Shown here piece by piece: positions 10,057 through 20,090 of a DNA stretch of 64,000 nucleotides (position 1 is the first letter of the stretch; the number at the start of each line of letters is the position of its first letter). The notes beneath the pieces are model-generated. The model made no database searches. It was not told the origin of the DNA and saw only the letters and a list, made by a program, of their open reading frames with translations. Where the stretch lies: the NCBI GenBank assembly GCA_963771885.1, contig CAVYVF010000023.1, positions 576,001-640,000 of the forward strand, given 5' to 3'. A program made the translations under genes and the position numbers. Source of the DNA: Candidatus Bathyarchaeota archaeon. Lineage in GTDB: Archaea > Thermoproteota > Bathyarchaeia > TCS64.

Positions 10057-10762
10057 TTAGCTCTCTTCTGGATTCCATGGGACTATCTTGATTGATGGGT
10101 CGTGTAGCTTATTGAGAATAGACGCATTGAGTAGTAAGGGTGTCAGTGACTCTATCCACTTCGAATTCTCCAACGGCCCGACTTTTAGAGGCCTTAGGCC
10201 GGGTATTTCCTTGATGAGCGCCATCACCTTCTCGACTGAGGCGTTGTCGTCGCCCGCAACGAGCACGTCGAGGTCGAGGACGCCGCCTATGTCGTTAAGG
10301 TACTGGGCGGGTATTGTCTGAAAGGCGGAGACCACCTTTACGGGCGATGCGGCGTCCTGTATCAGTTCGGCGGCCGATTGCGATTCTTCGCATGATGCGA
10401 CTACCACAGGGTGACCAGATGAAGAGCTTTCCCTTCTTCTTCATGGGGACGACGCAGGAGACAATTATCTGTTCTGGGGTTAGCCTATCCTGTAACGTGT
10501 AGAGCGAGGATACCGCGGCGGACGCGGGGAGCGTCTCCAGAATGATCTCTCTGCCCTCAACAGCGTCCTCGTTCAGGGTGCCCGTGATGCTGCCGTTCAT
10601 CTTCGGACCGTAAAAGTTCCTCGCCTTCGCTGTCAATGCAGCGGCTGCTTCGACCGCCTTCTCGACGCTCCTGGAGCCTATTGTCACCTCGTGATTAATT
10701 GAGAGGCGGAGAGCGAGCCCTCTACCCATGTTACCCGTGCCGCCGAGAATGCCAATCCTCAT
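10057..10762 (-). CDS. npdG: F420-dependent NADP oxidoreductase (frameshift near 10408)
   Basis: MRIGILGGTGNMGRGLA..IGSRS, then SAAE, VVSAFQTIPA, DVLVAGDD, GPLENS in the second frame. Confidence 0.88.
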
Positions 10763-10853
10763 CTTGTATCCCTTTTATTCGTCGCGCACCGGCGAATATC
10801 AATCAGACTCGCGCCGCGACTCTTAATAGGAGATATGGGGGTTTTTTAGAACT

Positions 10854-11018
10854 ATGGCGAACATAGGGCGCCTCCTCTCGGAGGGCATCATAGTACTCCT
10901 CGTGATGGCGCTTGAGTACTTCACGTTACTTCCCGTCTTCGGCTCACTCTTTGGCTGGGGACTCCTCGGCGTAACCGGGATCATCCTCGGCTTCGTCGTG
11001 CTGAGAAACATCCTCTGA
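10854..11018 (+). CDS. Small two-TM membrane protein (54 aa), not in ORF track
   Basis: MANIGRLLSEGIIVLLVMALEYFTLLPVFGSLFGWGLLGVTGIILGFVVLRNIL; host-like C-ending codons. Confidence 0.6.
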   Translation: MANIGRLLSEGIIVLLVMALEYFTLLPVFGSLFGWGLLGVTGIILGFVVLRNIL

Positions 11019-11189
11019 GCAACCCACGTTTTTGAGCTAGCATCGCGACGATCCTCCTATTCGGCGCGTCAACTGAGCTTCATGTGAGTTGTTTTGGGGG
11101 AGATATGGTGCTTTCATGTAAATGGTTACCTCTAGTAGTGCAGCCGGGATTAATTTGAGGTGACGCTTGTTAAACCCTATGACGTTTTC

Positions 11190-12269
11190 CTACTTCATTA
11201 CGCGGCGCATGAAGCGCCCTATACGCTCAAGTCCATCGGCGAGGGTATCCCCCTTGGTGCCTATGTTTATCCTTAGATGCCTCTCGACGCCGAACTGCTC
11301 GCCGGGACTGATCATTACACCCTCCTCCTTGAGTAACCTCTCCGCAAATTTGCCAGAACCTAGGCGGTTCTTATAGCGGGGGAAGACGGTGAAGCCGGCC
11401 GGCGGGCTGGAGCACTTCACGAGGTCGGGGTTGTCGGCGCACCACTTGTCCCATGTTGAGATGTTAGTCTGCCTGATCGTTTGGTTGCGCCTGAGGTACC
11501 GCGCCTTATTCGTGAGGAGCTTCTCGGCGATCTGCTCACCGATGCCGCAGTGGCTGATAGTCGTGTAGTCCTTCATCACCCAACAGCGCTCAATGATCTC
11601 TCTGTCAGCTACTATCCAGCCTATGCGTGGGCTTGTTGCGCCGAGCTTACTTATGCTTCCCGTGATTATGCCCTTCTCGTAGAACTCTGGCGTCGCCGCG
11701 GGATTTCCATCCGACTCGGAGCCCCGGAGGGCGTTGTCGCAGTGGACATATGCGCTTACCCGCTCCGCCATCTCACAGAGCGTCTGCATCTCCTCATGAG
11801 TCATGACTGCACCCGTCGGGTTGTTTGGGTTGTCGAGGGAGATCATCTTTGTGTGCCTGTTGATCTTCTCCTTGAGATCCTTGAAGTCGGGTTCCCATCC
11901 CTTCTCCTCGACTAGGTGGAATGGCTTCACCTTGACGCCGAGCATGCGCGCGAGGCCTGTGGTCTGCTCATATTTTGGCTCCTCGGCGAAGTACTCGTCG
12001 CCCTGTTCGAGTAGGGAGAGATTAACGAGAAGGTTCGCCTCGCTGGTGCCGGAGGTGATGAGGACGTTCTCGGGTTCAACCCTGTACCAGTCTGCGACAA
12101 GAGCTCTCAGCGCATCGGAGCCATGCGTAGCCCCGTACTTCATGGCGGTGTCCTGTGGGAGTTGTGGCATGACCTCCCTTAGCTGAAGCTTCGCGACGCC
12201 TCCGCCCGCAAGGTTGATCTCGCACTTCTCCTGAAGCCAGCGCTCGAGCCTGAAAGGGTCGATCTTCAC
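11190..12269 (-). CDS. PLP-dependent aminotransferase class I/II
   Basis: NPNNPTG, GSISK(PLP lysine)LGATSPRIGW, PGEQFG. Confidence 0.9.
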   Translation of the reverse strand: MKIDPFRLERWLQEKCEINLAGGGVAKLQLREVMPQLPQDTAMKYGATHGSDALRALVADWYRVEPENVLITSGTSEANLLVNLSLLEQGDEYFAEEPKYEQTTGLARMLGVKVKPFHLVEEKGWEPDFKDLKEKINRHTKMISLDNPNNPTGAVMTHEEMQTLCEMAERVSAYVHCDNALRGSESDGNPAATPEFYEKGIITGSISKLGATSPRIGWIVADREIIERCWVMKDYTTISHCGIGEQIAEKLLTNKARYLRRNQTIRQTNISTWDKWCADNPDLVKCSSPPAGFTVFPRYKNRLGSGKFAERLLKEEGVMISPGEQFGVERHLRINIGTKGDTLADGLERIGRFMRRVMK

Positions 12270-12336
12270 ACACCGGACCCCCTTACATCTGATGTGAGGG
12301 GTTTTGCTTAAAACATAAATGGAGAAAAAGTAATGG

Positions 12337-12759
12337 TTACTTCCTCTTTGTGAGACTGAGGTACTTGACAGCTAGCTCCTCGCTCATGCTCTTCAGGTTA
12401 TAGCCGACATCGTCCGTTGTGATTATACCGGCAACATGGTCGAGGTCGTCGACGACGACGAGGCGCCTAATCTTATATTCATTCATGGTCTCGACGGCAT
12501 CCTCTACCTCACTGTGGTGGGAGACGGCGATGACGGGTTTCGTGCAAATATCCGCCGCCATGAGCTTCTTCGGGTCCTTGCCGGGAGCCATCACCCTGTG
12601 CACGAGGTCTCGCTCGGTGACGATGCCTATGGGTTTGCCGTTTGTTACGAGGATTACGCTGCTTATCCCCTTCTCGCGCATTATATGTGCGACCTCGTCG
12701 ACACTTGCCGAGGGGGAAAGGACAATGGGTGTTTTCGTCATTATGTCGGAGACCCTCAT
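12337..12759 (-). CDS. CBS-pair protein
   Basis: VSDIMT, GIVTERDL, RRLVVVD..GIITTDD. Confidence 0.92.
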   Translation of the reverse strand: MRVSDIMTKTPIVLSPSASVDEVAHIMREKGISSVILVTNGKPIGIVTERDLVHRVMAPGKDPKKLMAADICTKPVIAVSHHSEVEDAVETMNEYKIRRLVVVDDLDHVAGIITTDDVGYNLKSMSEELAVKYLSLTKRK

Positions 12760-12804
12760 GAGAATCGAGTAAATGTTGGGCGGGGAGGTAGTAAAGACTG
12801 CCGA

Positions 12805-13486
12805 TCAGGCTTTTTCTATCTTCATAGGCGGCCCTCTGTCGACCTTGAGGGCGAAGGGGAACCTGTCGAGGCTCATTGCGGCATGGAAGTCGCCCTCGCG
12901 GAATGTGGTCTGGCTCCTGTCGAAGAACTTGGCGCCTTGGGGGTCCTCCCTGATGCGGCGAGCCATATCCGAAAAGTCGGGGCATTCCCCACGGAGGCGT
13001 GCCTCGAAGGTAGTCGGCGCAGAGTTCGTCCTCGATAGCCTCGTAATCCCCCTCCCAACCCATGGCGACGATAGAGACGACGTCAGGGTTCCTCCGTTTG
13101 ATGTACTTGACAGTTGCCTCAGCTAGGACGAAGCTGCCGAGTATTATCTCGTCGGCGCCTGAGGCGGCGAGTATGCCTTGCACACCGCTGCTGGTGCGCT
13201 GGATAACCGTCTTGCCCTTAAAGTCGACGTTGCTCACCTCATCGGGGCTGTTTCCGTAGTCGAAACCTGGGACCTTGTGGCCATGGACCTCGCCCATGAT
13301 GAGCCAGTCGGGGTGATTGCGGCGGAGCGTGAGGGCTTCCTCGACGCCTCCAACGGGGAGGATGGTTTCCGCGCCGTTCGCCACGACGAAGGCGGCGGTC
13401 GTGAATGCGCGAAAGACATCTATGATGACCGCTGTGCCTGCCGCCCTGCGCGCGCCATCGAGGAGGCTGAGCCGCCTTATCTCCAT
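12805..13486 (-). CDS. comB: 2-phosphosulfolactate phosphatase family protein (frameshift near 13005)
   Basis: VIIDVFRAFTT, GE..G....GFDYGNSP, RTSSG, EDELCA. Confidence 0.85.
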
Positions 13487-13489
13487 TGG

Positions 13490-14731
13490 CTAGATGCCCC
13501 TGTTTATCTCTACTGTGCCCGCCTTCATGACGAGGCGTATCCTCGCCTTGTCCTGTAGTATCTTGATGTCGGTCGTCGGGTCGCCCTCGACGATTATTAG
13601 GTCAGCCCACTTGCCCTTCTCCAGCGTGCCGGTTTTTTCTGCAAGGTAGCATGCCTCGGCGCCGACCTTTGTGGCGCAGGTGATCGCCTCGATTGGCTTG
13701 AGGCCGGCGTTTACCATGAGCTCCAGCTCCTTGGCATTCTCGCCGTGGCGGTTGAACGGAGTGCCCGCGTCCGTGCCCGCAGCGACCTTCACTCCAGCCC
13801 TGTGGCTGAGCATGAGGCTCTTGGGCGGGTACTCAGCTATCTCAGTAGCCTTGGCGACGGCCCAGTCGGGTATCCCCGCCGCAGTGCCCTTCATGACTAT
13901 GTTCCACGAGGCGGTGAGGGTCGGCACCTGTATCACGTCGTGTTCCAGCATTGCCTTCACGGTCTCTTTGGTCTGTATGCTGCCATGCTCGATGCTCTTG
14001 ACGCCGCCCTCTATCGCGTTCATTATGCCCTTGGGACCATGGGCGTGGCTGGCTACGCACTTGCCGACATGGTGTGCCTCGTCACAGACCGCCTCGATCT
14101 CCTCAAGGGTGTACTGTGGCGTATCGACGGGGTCAGTCGGGCTCATCACGCCGCCCGTCGTCGTTATCTTGATAAAATCAGCGCCTTCGCGCAGGTTGAT
14201 CCTCGCAGACCTGCGGGTCTCGATGGGGCCGTCGCTTATCAGGCTCATCTCGTGATAGCAGATGCCGCTCGGAAGGTAGAAATCGGCGTGGCCGCCCGTC
14301 ATGCTTATGATCCTGCCAGGGGCAACGATGCGTGGCCCCCTGGCGATGCCGATCTCTATCGCCTTCTTGAGGGCGAGGGCGTAGCCGTTCGGTGCACCCA
14401 TGTCGCGTATCGTCGTGTAGCCTGCGTCGAGTGTTCGGGCGGCGTTGTAGGCGCCGTAGAGCTGAACTAGGCCGGGTTGGAAGCCCATGATTGCCATGAC
14501 GTTCGGGTCACCGTTGCTACAGACATGGACATGAGCGTCGATGAGGCCGGGCATCACAGTCTTGCCAGCGGCGTCGATGACCTCTGCACCCCTAGGGGCA
14601 TCGAGGGTCTTCCCGACCTCCTCGATTACGTTACCCTTGATGATGATTGATGCGTCCTTGACGGGCCTCTTGCCAGTCCCGTCTATGATTGTGGCGTTCC
14701 TTACCACTTTCACCTGCGCGTTCTGAGCCAT
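13490..14731 (-). CDS. Metal-dependent amidohydrolase (Xaa-Pro dipeptidase-like)
   Basis: PGLIDAHVH, FIKITTTGGV, SHAHG, SIEHG, GTDAG. Confidence 0.9.
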   Translation of the reverse strand: MAQNAQVKVVRNATIIDGTGKRPVKDASIIIKGNVIEEVGKTLDAPRGAEVIDAAGKTVMPGLIDAHVHVCSNGDPNVMAIMGFQPGLVQLYGAYNAARTLDAGYTTIRDMGAPNGYALALKKAIEIGIARGPRIVAPGRIISMTGGHADFYLPSGICYHEMSLISDGPIETRRSARINLREGADFIKITTTGGVMSPTDPVDTPQYTLEEIEAVCDEAHHVGKCVASHAHGPKGIMNAIEGGVKSIEHGSIQTKETVKAMLEHDVIQVPTLTASWNIVMKGTAAGIPDWAVAKATEIAEYPPKSLMLSHRAGVKVAAGTDAGTPFNRHGENAKELELMVNAGLKPIEAITCATKVGAEACYLAEKTGTLEKGKWADLIIVEGDPTTDIKILQDKARIRLVMKAGTVEINRGI

Positions 14732-14777
14732 ATGGTAGAAAACGGTGGTTGGTGGTTAATGGCTTTCCGGCTCTGGT

Positions 14778-14993
14778 TTACTGGAGGCGGTTTATCTCCT
14801 TACGGAAGTCGACGTCTCCGCCCTTACCGACTTTAGCTAGGAGGTCCTGGACCGTGGAATACGCCTCGTCGACTGTGCCGCTGTGCTCCTTCTGCGTCTT
14901 CAGCATGTGCCACGCCCATTCTAGGGCCTCGAATGCGCCCATCTGGTAACTCGCAGCGGTCTCCAAACCCTTCACCGCTGCTCCACACCTCAT
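14778..14993 (-). CDS. Small hypothetical protein
   Basis: 71-aa ORF filling the gap in a same-strand run; plausible composition. Confidence 0.6.
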   Translation of the reverse strand: MRCGAAVKGLETAASYQMGAFEALEWAWHMLKTQKEHSGTVDEAYSTVQDLLAKVGKGGDVDFRKEINRLQ

Positions 14994-14998
14994 CTGCG

Positions 14999-15343
14999 TT
15001 AAAAGGAGTTGCGCACCCCCTCGAAGGGGGGACGCGGGTGAAACTGAGCTACTTGATCGGGAATGTCGAGTTTCTGGAAGAGCTCGGCGCTGATCTTGGA
15101 CTCCCAGATGGGGACGACCTCGACACTCGCCACCCGGCTATACTCGGTCACGTAGTGCATTAGCTCCTCCTCCTTGTCGGTCTCAAATATCGTGAAGCCC
15201 GAGTAGCCCTTCGCGGTGTTCGCCATAGTGTGCGGCGGGAGAATGGTCTTGACGACGTGCCCCGCCTTCGTCCTCCTGTGCCATATCTCAATCATGTCTT
15301 CCAGGTCCTCCGCGGCGCACTCAAGGAATGCAATATACTTCAA
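14999..15343 (-). CDS. DUF3303-like small ferredoxin-fold protein
   Basis: TTG start after GGTG; MKYIAF...GFTIFETDKEEEL...VEVVPI pattern. Confidence 0.55.
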   Translation of the reverse strand: MKYIAFLECAAEDLEDMIEIWHRRTKAGHVVKTILPPHTMANTAKGYSGFTIFETDKEEELMHYVTEYSRVASVEVVPIWESKISAELFQKLDIPDQVAQFHPRPPFEGVRNSF

Positions 15344-15450
15344 ACAGGTCACCGTGGCTTCGATAGGATCAGTGGAAGATAAACGTGACCCGACCCGCGT
15401 GGCAACTCCTAAATTCCCCTTCAATGCACCTGATAGTTGCGTGACTGCAT

Positions 15451-16764
15451 TTGCTTGACATCAAGCTGATCAGGGAGAACCCTGAGTTGGTGCGCGCCAA
15501 CCTGGAGAGGAGGCAGCAGCCCGAGAAGGTCGCCCTCCTCCATCAGGTAATTGACGCCGATATGCGCTGGCGCGAACTCACCGGATTGGTGAACAAACTA
15601 CGAAAGAGGCGCAACGAGGTAAGCGCCGAGATAGCCCAAGTGATGAAGGCTGGAGGCGACGCCTCGTCACTCAGAAAGGAAGTGGGCAACATCCCCGAGC
15701 AGATAAAAACGCTCGAGTCCGAGCTCGAAGAGAAACAGGTCTTTGTGCGCAACAGCCTCATGAGGCTACCAAACCTCCTACACGAGTCGGTGCCTTATGG
15801 CAGGGACGAGCACGATAACGTGGTCGTCAAGGTCTGGGGTGAGCCGCCCAAGTTCGGGTTCTCGCCGAGCAGTCACGCTGAGCTTTCCCAGAACCTAGGC
15901 ATCGCCGACTTCGAGAGGGGCGCCAAGGTGACCGGCTCCGGCTTTTACTACCTGCGCAACGAGATGGTACTCCTCGACTATTCGATAATGCGGTACGCAA
16001 TGGATCTGCTCATTAGCAGGGGGTACAGCATCATCGAACCGCCTTACATGATCAGAAAGAGCTTCTACGAGGGCGTCACCGACTTGAGCGACTTCGAGAA
16101 CGTCATGTACAGGATTGACGACTCGGAGAACGTTAAGGACCCCCTCTACCTCATCGCAACAAGCGAGCACCCGATGGGCGCAATGCTAAAGGACGAGGTG
16201 GTTAACGCCGACCAGCTGCCCATTAAGATGTGCGGAGTATCCCCGTGCTTCCGCCGCGAGGTCGGCAGCCACGGCAAGTACACAAAGGGTATATTCCGTG
16301 TCCACCAATTCAACAAGATAGAACAGTTCATCTTTTGCCTTCCCGAGCAGAGCTGGGCTCTCCACGAGGAGCTACAGCGCAACTGCGAGGCCCTCTACGA
16401 GGGACTCGGCATCCACTACCGTGTCGTCAACGTCTGTACTGGTGACATAGGTAGCATCGCTGCGAAGAAGTACGACACGGAGGCGTGGATGGCGGATGGC
16501 GAATACCGCGAGGTCGGCAGTAATAGCAACTGCACAGACTACCAGGCGAGGAGGCTGAATGCCCGCTATAGGATGAAGGAGGGGCAAGCCCCCGTCGGCT
16601 TCCTGCACACCCTCAACAACACGGCAATCGCAACGAGCCGCACCATGATAATGGTGATGGAGCAGTACCAACAGGAGGATGGCACGATCAAGGTACCGAA
16701 GGCGCTCCAGAAGTACATGGGCATGGAAGTCATCGAGGGTAAGCTAAATAAGATGAGTATCTAG
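15451..16764 (+). CDS. serS: Seryl-tRNA synthetase (type 1)
   Basis: MLDIKLIREN, LIATSEHP, FRREVG, RVHQFNKIE, HTLNNTAIA. Confidence 0.97.
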   Translation: MLDIKLIRENPELVRANLERRQQPEKVALLHQVIDADMRWRELTGLVNKLRKRRNEVSAEIAQVMKAGGDASSLRKEVGNIPEQIKTLESELEEKQVFVRNSLMRLPNLLHESVPYGRDEHDNVVVKVWGEPPKFGFSPSSHAELSQNLGIADFERGAKVTGSGFYYLRNEMVLLDYSIMRYAMDLLISRGYSIIEPPYMIRKSFYEGVTDLSDFENVMYRIDDSENVKDPLYLIATSEHPMGAMLKDEVVNADQLPIKMCGVSPCFRREVGSHGKYTKGIFRVHQFNKIEQFIFCLPEQSWALHEELQRNCEALYEGLGIHYRVVNVCTGDIGSIAAKKYDTEAWMADGEYREVGSNSNCTDYQARRLNARYRMKEGQAPVGFLHTLNNTAIATSRTMIMVMEQYQQEDGTIKVPKALQKYMGMEVIEGKLNKMSI

Positions 16765-16779
16765 AAGCCATTTCAGCCT

Positions 16780-17793
16780 CTAGTCGTTTCTCTCGAAACT
16801 TTTAAGGACCTTACATATGGCTAGGCTCACCCAGAGCCTTCCCTCAGCAGCGCTTTCCGTTTCGTACTTCTTTGCTCCTTTCTTGTAGTTGTTCTCCCAT
16901 AGCCCGTCCGGAGACTGGTGCTCGATGAGCCATTCGAGCCCCTCGCATACTTTGCTATGGTAGGAGGTAAAGCCGATTCTATGGAGGGAGTCGAGGGCCA
17001 TGATGAGATTGTTCCACCACCAGGGGTAGAGGAACCTGACCCAGTAGTCTGCCGCCTCGTATGACTTATAGGAGTCGGGTTGGAAGAAGCGGGATGCGAG
17101 GAACTCTCCTGCCCTCTTTGCCTCGGGTGTGTTAGCGAATCGTGAATTGGCTAACCCGCGGAGTGCCATACCTGTAACGTTGTGGCTCGAGACATGGTTC
17201 GGGTCGAACGGCACAGGCTCGGCGTGGTGACAGGAGATGTAGACCTCATCCGTCCAGCTCATCTTCTCGCCAAGGGGTGGGTAGAGCCATCCACCGTCCC
17301 CCTGCCTGTGGGCGAGGAGCCACTCGACCGCTTTCTCAACGCGGGGGTCGCCGCCGTAACCCGCCTTAGCTAGCAGCTCCACATAAAGCCCCGTGTAGTG
17401 GGGGGCGAACTGGTCGACGTAGAAGCCCCTTATGTCCCCCTCAAGGGTCTGGCAGTCAAAGACGAACTCCGCCGCGGCGGTGATCTGGGGATGCGACCTA
17501 TCCATCTCATATTTACCGATCAGCTCCCTGAGGCGCCTGAATGTCTCAATGAGGGGATAGTTGACGTCCGGGTACTTCTCTGAGTAGCTCCGCGGGACCG
17601 TCCAGGAGCCGTCATCCCGCTGGTGTTGGAGCAGCTTCTTTGGCTCAGGCAACCCCCAGAGAGTCTGGATGGGCTCCATCTTCTCGGCGAGTAGATCACG
17701 CTTGGAGTGGTATCTGATGGCGGGGTACGCGCAGTTGACCAGTGGCGTAACGGGGTCATGCCTCAGCCTCTCCCTCCACATATTCATCCGCAT
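16780..17793 (-). CDS. Prenyltransferase/squalene cyclase (QW) repeat protein
   Basis: QRDDGSW, QTLEGDI, RQGDGGW, QSPDGLW repeats. Confidence 0.75.
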   Translation of the reverse strand: MRMNMWRERLRHDPVTPLVNCAYPAIRYHSKRDLLAEKMEPIQTLWGLPEPKKLLQHQRDDGSWTVPRSYSEKYPDVNYPLIETFRRLRELIGKYEMDRSHPQITAAAEFVFDCQTLEGDIRGFYVDQFAPHYTGLYVELLAKAGYGGDPRVEKAVEWLLAHRQGDGGWLYPPLGEKMSWTDEVYISCHHAEPVPFDPNHVSSHNVTGMALRGLANSRFANTPEAKRAGEFLASRFFQPDSYKSYEAADYWVRFLYPWWWNNLIMALDSLHRIGFTSYHSKVCEGLEWLIEHQSPDGLWENNYKKGAKKYETESAAEGRLWVSLAICKVLKSFERND

Positions 17794-17884
17794 CGCCTAC
17801 AGCCCAGATGTTCTAAGAGCGTTTGAAGTTTGGGAGTTGACGGATTGTTCGTCACCGAGTCGATTCGAGCGGCGTAGCGCGCGG

Positions 17885-17971
17885 GGTCATCGTCTTCCCT
17901 GCCTCGTTAGGCCTGAGGAATCCGTAGATCTGCCCCTGCTTCACGACGTATTTGACATGGTCCACGGCAGT
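17885..17971 (-). pseudogene. Remnant of ABC transporter ATPase N-terminus
   Basis: TAVDHVKYVVKQGQIYGFLRPNEAGKTMT, a decayed GFLGPNGAGKTTT; no continuation. Confidence 0.65.
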
Positions 17972-17994
17972 TGATCTATGTTCGAAAAACGGGA

Positions 17995-18387
17995 TTAGTG
18001 GAGGCGTTCGGCGTGATTGTCGAGTTTGCCCTCAATGTATGCCTTGACGGCCTCGTCCGCGGACTCCACATCAGTTATGTATGGTTTGATGCCCGCCCTC
18101 TCGATCGCGTCATGTGCCCCCCAACCCATGCCGCGGGCAATCAGCACCTGGCAGTCGGCTATATTCGCCAGCATACTGTTGTGTGTCGCCGCGTCGCCGT
18201 GGTGGTGGCCGTGTGGCTCCGCCCCGTGTTCCTGGTGGGCTGCGCCTTCGACGTGGTGGCCTGCCTTGGGCCTCTGCTCCGAGCCCACGATAGCACCATC
18301 CTTGATCTCATAGACCTTGTAGAACCTGGCTCTCCCAAAGTGTTGGGAGATAGTCTTAGCATCATCCGTTACGACTGCTACCTTCAT
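17995..18387 (-). CDS. NifB/NifX (FeMo-cofactor-binding fold) family protein, His-rich
   Basis: ISQHFGRARFY, LIARGMGWGA, His-rich loop. Confidence 0.88.
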   Translation of the reverse strand: MKVAVVTDDAKTISQHFGRARFYKVYEIKDGAIVGSEQRPKAGHHVEGAAHQEHGAEPHGHHHGDAATHNSMLANIADCQVLIARGMGWGAHDAIERAGIKPYITDVESADEAVKAYIEGKLDNHAERLH

Positions 18388-18923
18388 TGTTTTTCACCTT
18401 TATCGAATATTACGGCCGCCATGTGCTTCTTTGCGTCGGCGAGTATCTCCTGAATCTTTTTCATCTTCTCGTCGTCGACGGCGTCGCTCATGAGGGCCAT
18501 AGCCTGCATATCCCGCAGCTCCTTCATGAATCCGAATCTGCCGACTGCGTCGGCGTGCTCCTTACCTGCCGTTAGCCTCGCGACTACCTCGTTGTTCTCG
18601 TCGAGGTGCTTCTTTCCATCGGGGGTGAGCGTGTAGACCTTTTTGCCCTCCTTTTCCTCAGAGGAGACTAGGCCCATGTCGCTGAGCTCCTGTAGCGTAG
18701 GGTAGACTATGCCGGCGCTTACGGGGCGCAGGTAGGTCTTGCCTATCTCTTGTATGAGGGCGTATCCGTGCATCGGCTTCTCACCGAGAGCCATGAGTAC
18801 GAGGAACCTGAAGTCTCCTCTCCTCACGCCAAACGGTGGGTGCCTCGGGGGCCAGCCCTCGTGTGAATGGCGTCCGCCAGCGCAGCAGTGGTGCCCCTTT
18901 CTTTCACTACAACCTTCTTGCAT
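18384..18923 (-). CDS. PadR family transcriptional regulator
   Basis: RRGDFRFLVL..LGEKPMHGYALI, SAGIVYPTLQEL, GKKVYTLT. Confidence 0.92.
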   Translation of the reverse strand: MQEGCSERKGHHCCAGGRHSHEGWPPRHPPFGVRRGDFRFLVLMALGEKPMHGYALIQEIGKTYLRPVSAGIVYPTLQELSDMGLVSSEEKEGKKVYTLTPDGKKHLDENNEVVARLTAGKEHADAVGRFGFMKELRDMQAMALMSDAVDDEKMKKIQEILADAKKHMAAVIFDKGEKQ

Positions 18924-18924
18924 G

Positions 18925-18952
18925 TATATCGGAAGATATATCTATAGACATA
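18925..18952. promoter_or_regulatory. Putative PadR autoregulatory operator
   Basis: TATATC-ggaa-GATATA (18925-18940) overlapping TATATC-tata-GACATA (18937-18952), next to the start codon. Confidence 0.55.
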
Positions 18953-18992
18953 CTAATATGCCTTCAGTCAGGAAAAAGGCAGTTAAAAAAAC

Positions 18993-19853
18993 CTACCGGA
19001 AAATGTATAGCTCTTCATCGTAGCGCCTGTCGATGATCTGCCCCGGTGGCAGTTTCTCAAGCTTCCTCGCGGCGAGGTGCTCGCGGAGGCGCCTGTTAAC
19101 TTCCTCGATGCTGAGGTCGCCTCTGAGCCATGAGATAGGGACGTTGACATTCATCGGCCTCGCGGGGATTATGTGTCGCGTCGTCTTCTGGGCGAAGACC
19201 CTTCCGGCGAGGGCTGTCTCCACGACTTCCCTCTTAGTCGCTGTTGGCGTCATGAGGCCGGCGGCGTACTCCCCAGAATCGACGTGTATCCGCGCCTCCT
19301 TGTCGGTGCTGTAGCTCATCTGGTGGCCCAACTGGAGTATCTTCTCTATCTTCTTGACTGCGTCGTAGCGCGCCTTGATGTCGGGGGCGTCGCCGAGGGC
19401 CGCGAGGCACCAGCGCGCCGAGAAGAGCGCCGTCACCGCCTTGCGCTCCTCGACCAAGCGGTGTGCCTCATCGTAGCTGCTTTTCACCGGCCTGAGGCCT
19501 ACCTCTGTGATTGCGTCTACTGCCTCCTCCTCGCTGAGTTTATCGAACATCCTGTACCAGCCCCCGAGCAGAACATGGGGGTTGGAGTAGTCGACAAGGC
19601 AGAGGGGGATGTAGCGGAACCCTATCTCCTTCGCCGCTGCGACGCGGTGCATACCATCAAGGACGACGAGGCTCGCTGAGTCGACTATTATAGGGTGTAT
19701 GAAGACTCCGTCTCCCGGCATCTTTGCCACGAGCTCCATCATCTTGACTGATATGATCTCCTCGTGTATGTGGAGGTTTGACAGCTCCTCGAGGGCGATC
19801 TCCAGCTTCATCTGGGGCGTCTTGAGCGTGTATCCGAGGCCTCGACTCCCCAA
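18993..19853 (-). CDS. ParB/Srx-fold protein, SbnI/SerK-like
   Basis: LHIHEE, HPIIVD...VLDGMHR, IPLCLVDY, C-terminal KTTRH. Confidence 0.75.
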   Translation of the reverse strand: MGSRGLGYTLKTPQMKLEIALEELSNLHIHEEIISVKMMELVAKMPGDGVFIHPIIVDSASLVVLDGMHRVAAAKEIGFRYIPLCLVDYSNPHVLLGGWYRMFDKLSEEEAVDAITEVGLRPVKSSYDEAHRLVEERKAVTALFSARWCLAALGDAPDIKARYDAVKKIEKILQLGHQMSYSTDKEARIHVDSGEYAAGLMTPTATKREVVETALAGRVFAQKTTRHIIPARPMNVNVPISWLRGDLSIEEVNRRLREHLAARKLEKLPPGQIIDRRYDEELYIFR

Positions 19854-20090
19854 GCCGCCTCACTCCTTGAAGAGGCCGGCTGCGCCAACTTGGCGTGCAT
19901 CGACGGTCTTCAAGCGTTGATTCCTCACAGAGAATCACGAGGCGCGGTGATAAGTATATTCCCCAACTCTTCGTGTAGGACTCCGTTTTTACCGGAGTTC
20001 GACATATCCTACGAGTTCGAGGAATGGCGTTATCCGTATCCTCTATAGAATAATAGTACGCCATCTAGGCACAATCGGTGAGGATGCCTA

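Noticed and set aside
9814..11190. Integrated element at tRNA-Ser
   Set aside because: No integrase and no duplicate of the tRNA 3' end seen in the window
17995..18387. Nitrogen fixation gene
   Set aside because: The NifX-fold family is widespread in non-diazotrophs; no nifHDK here
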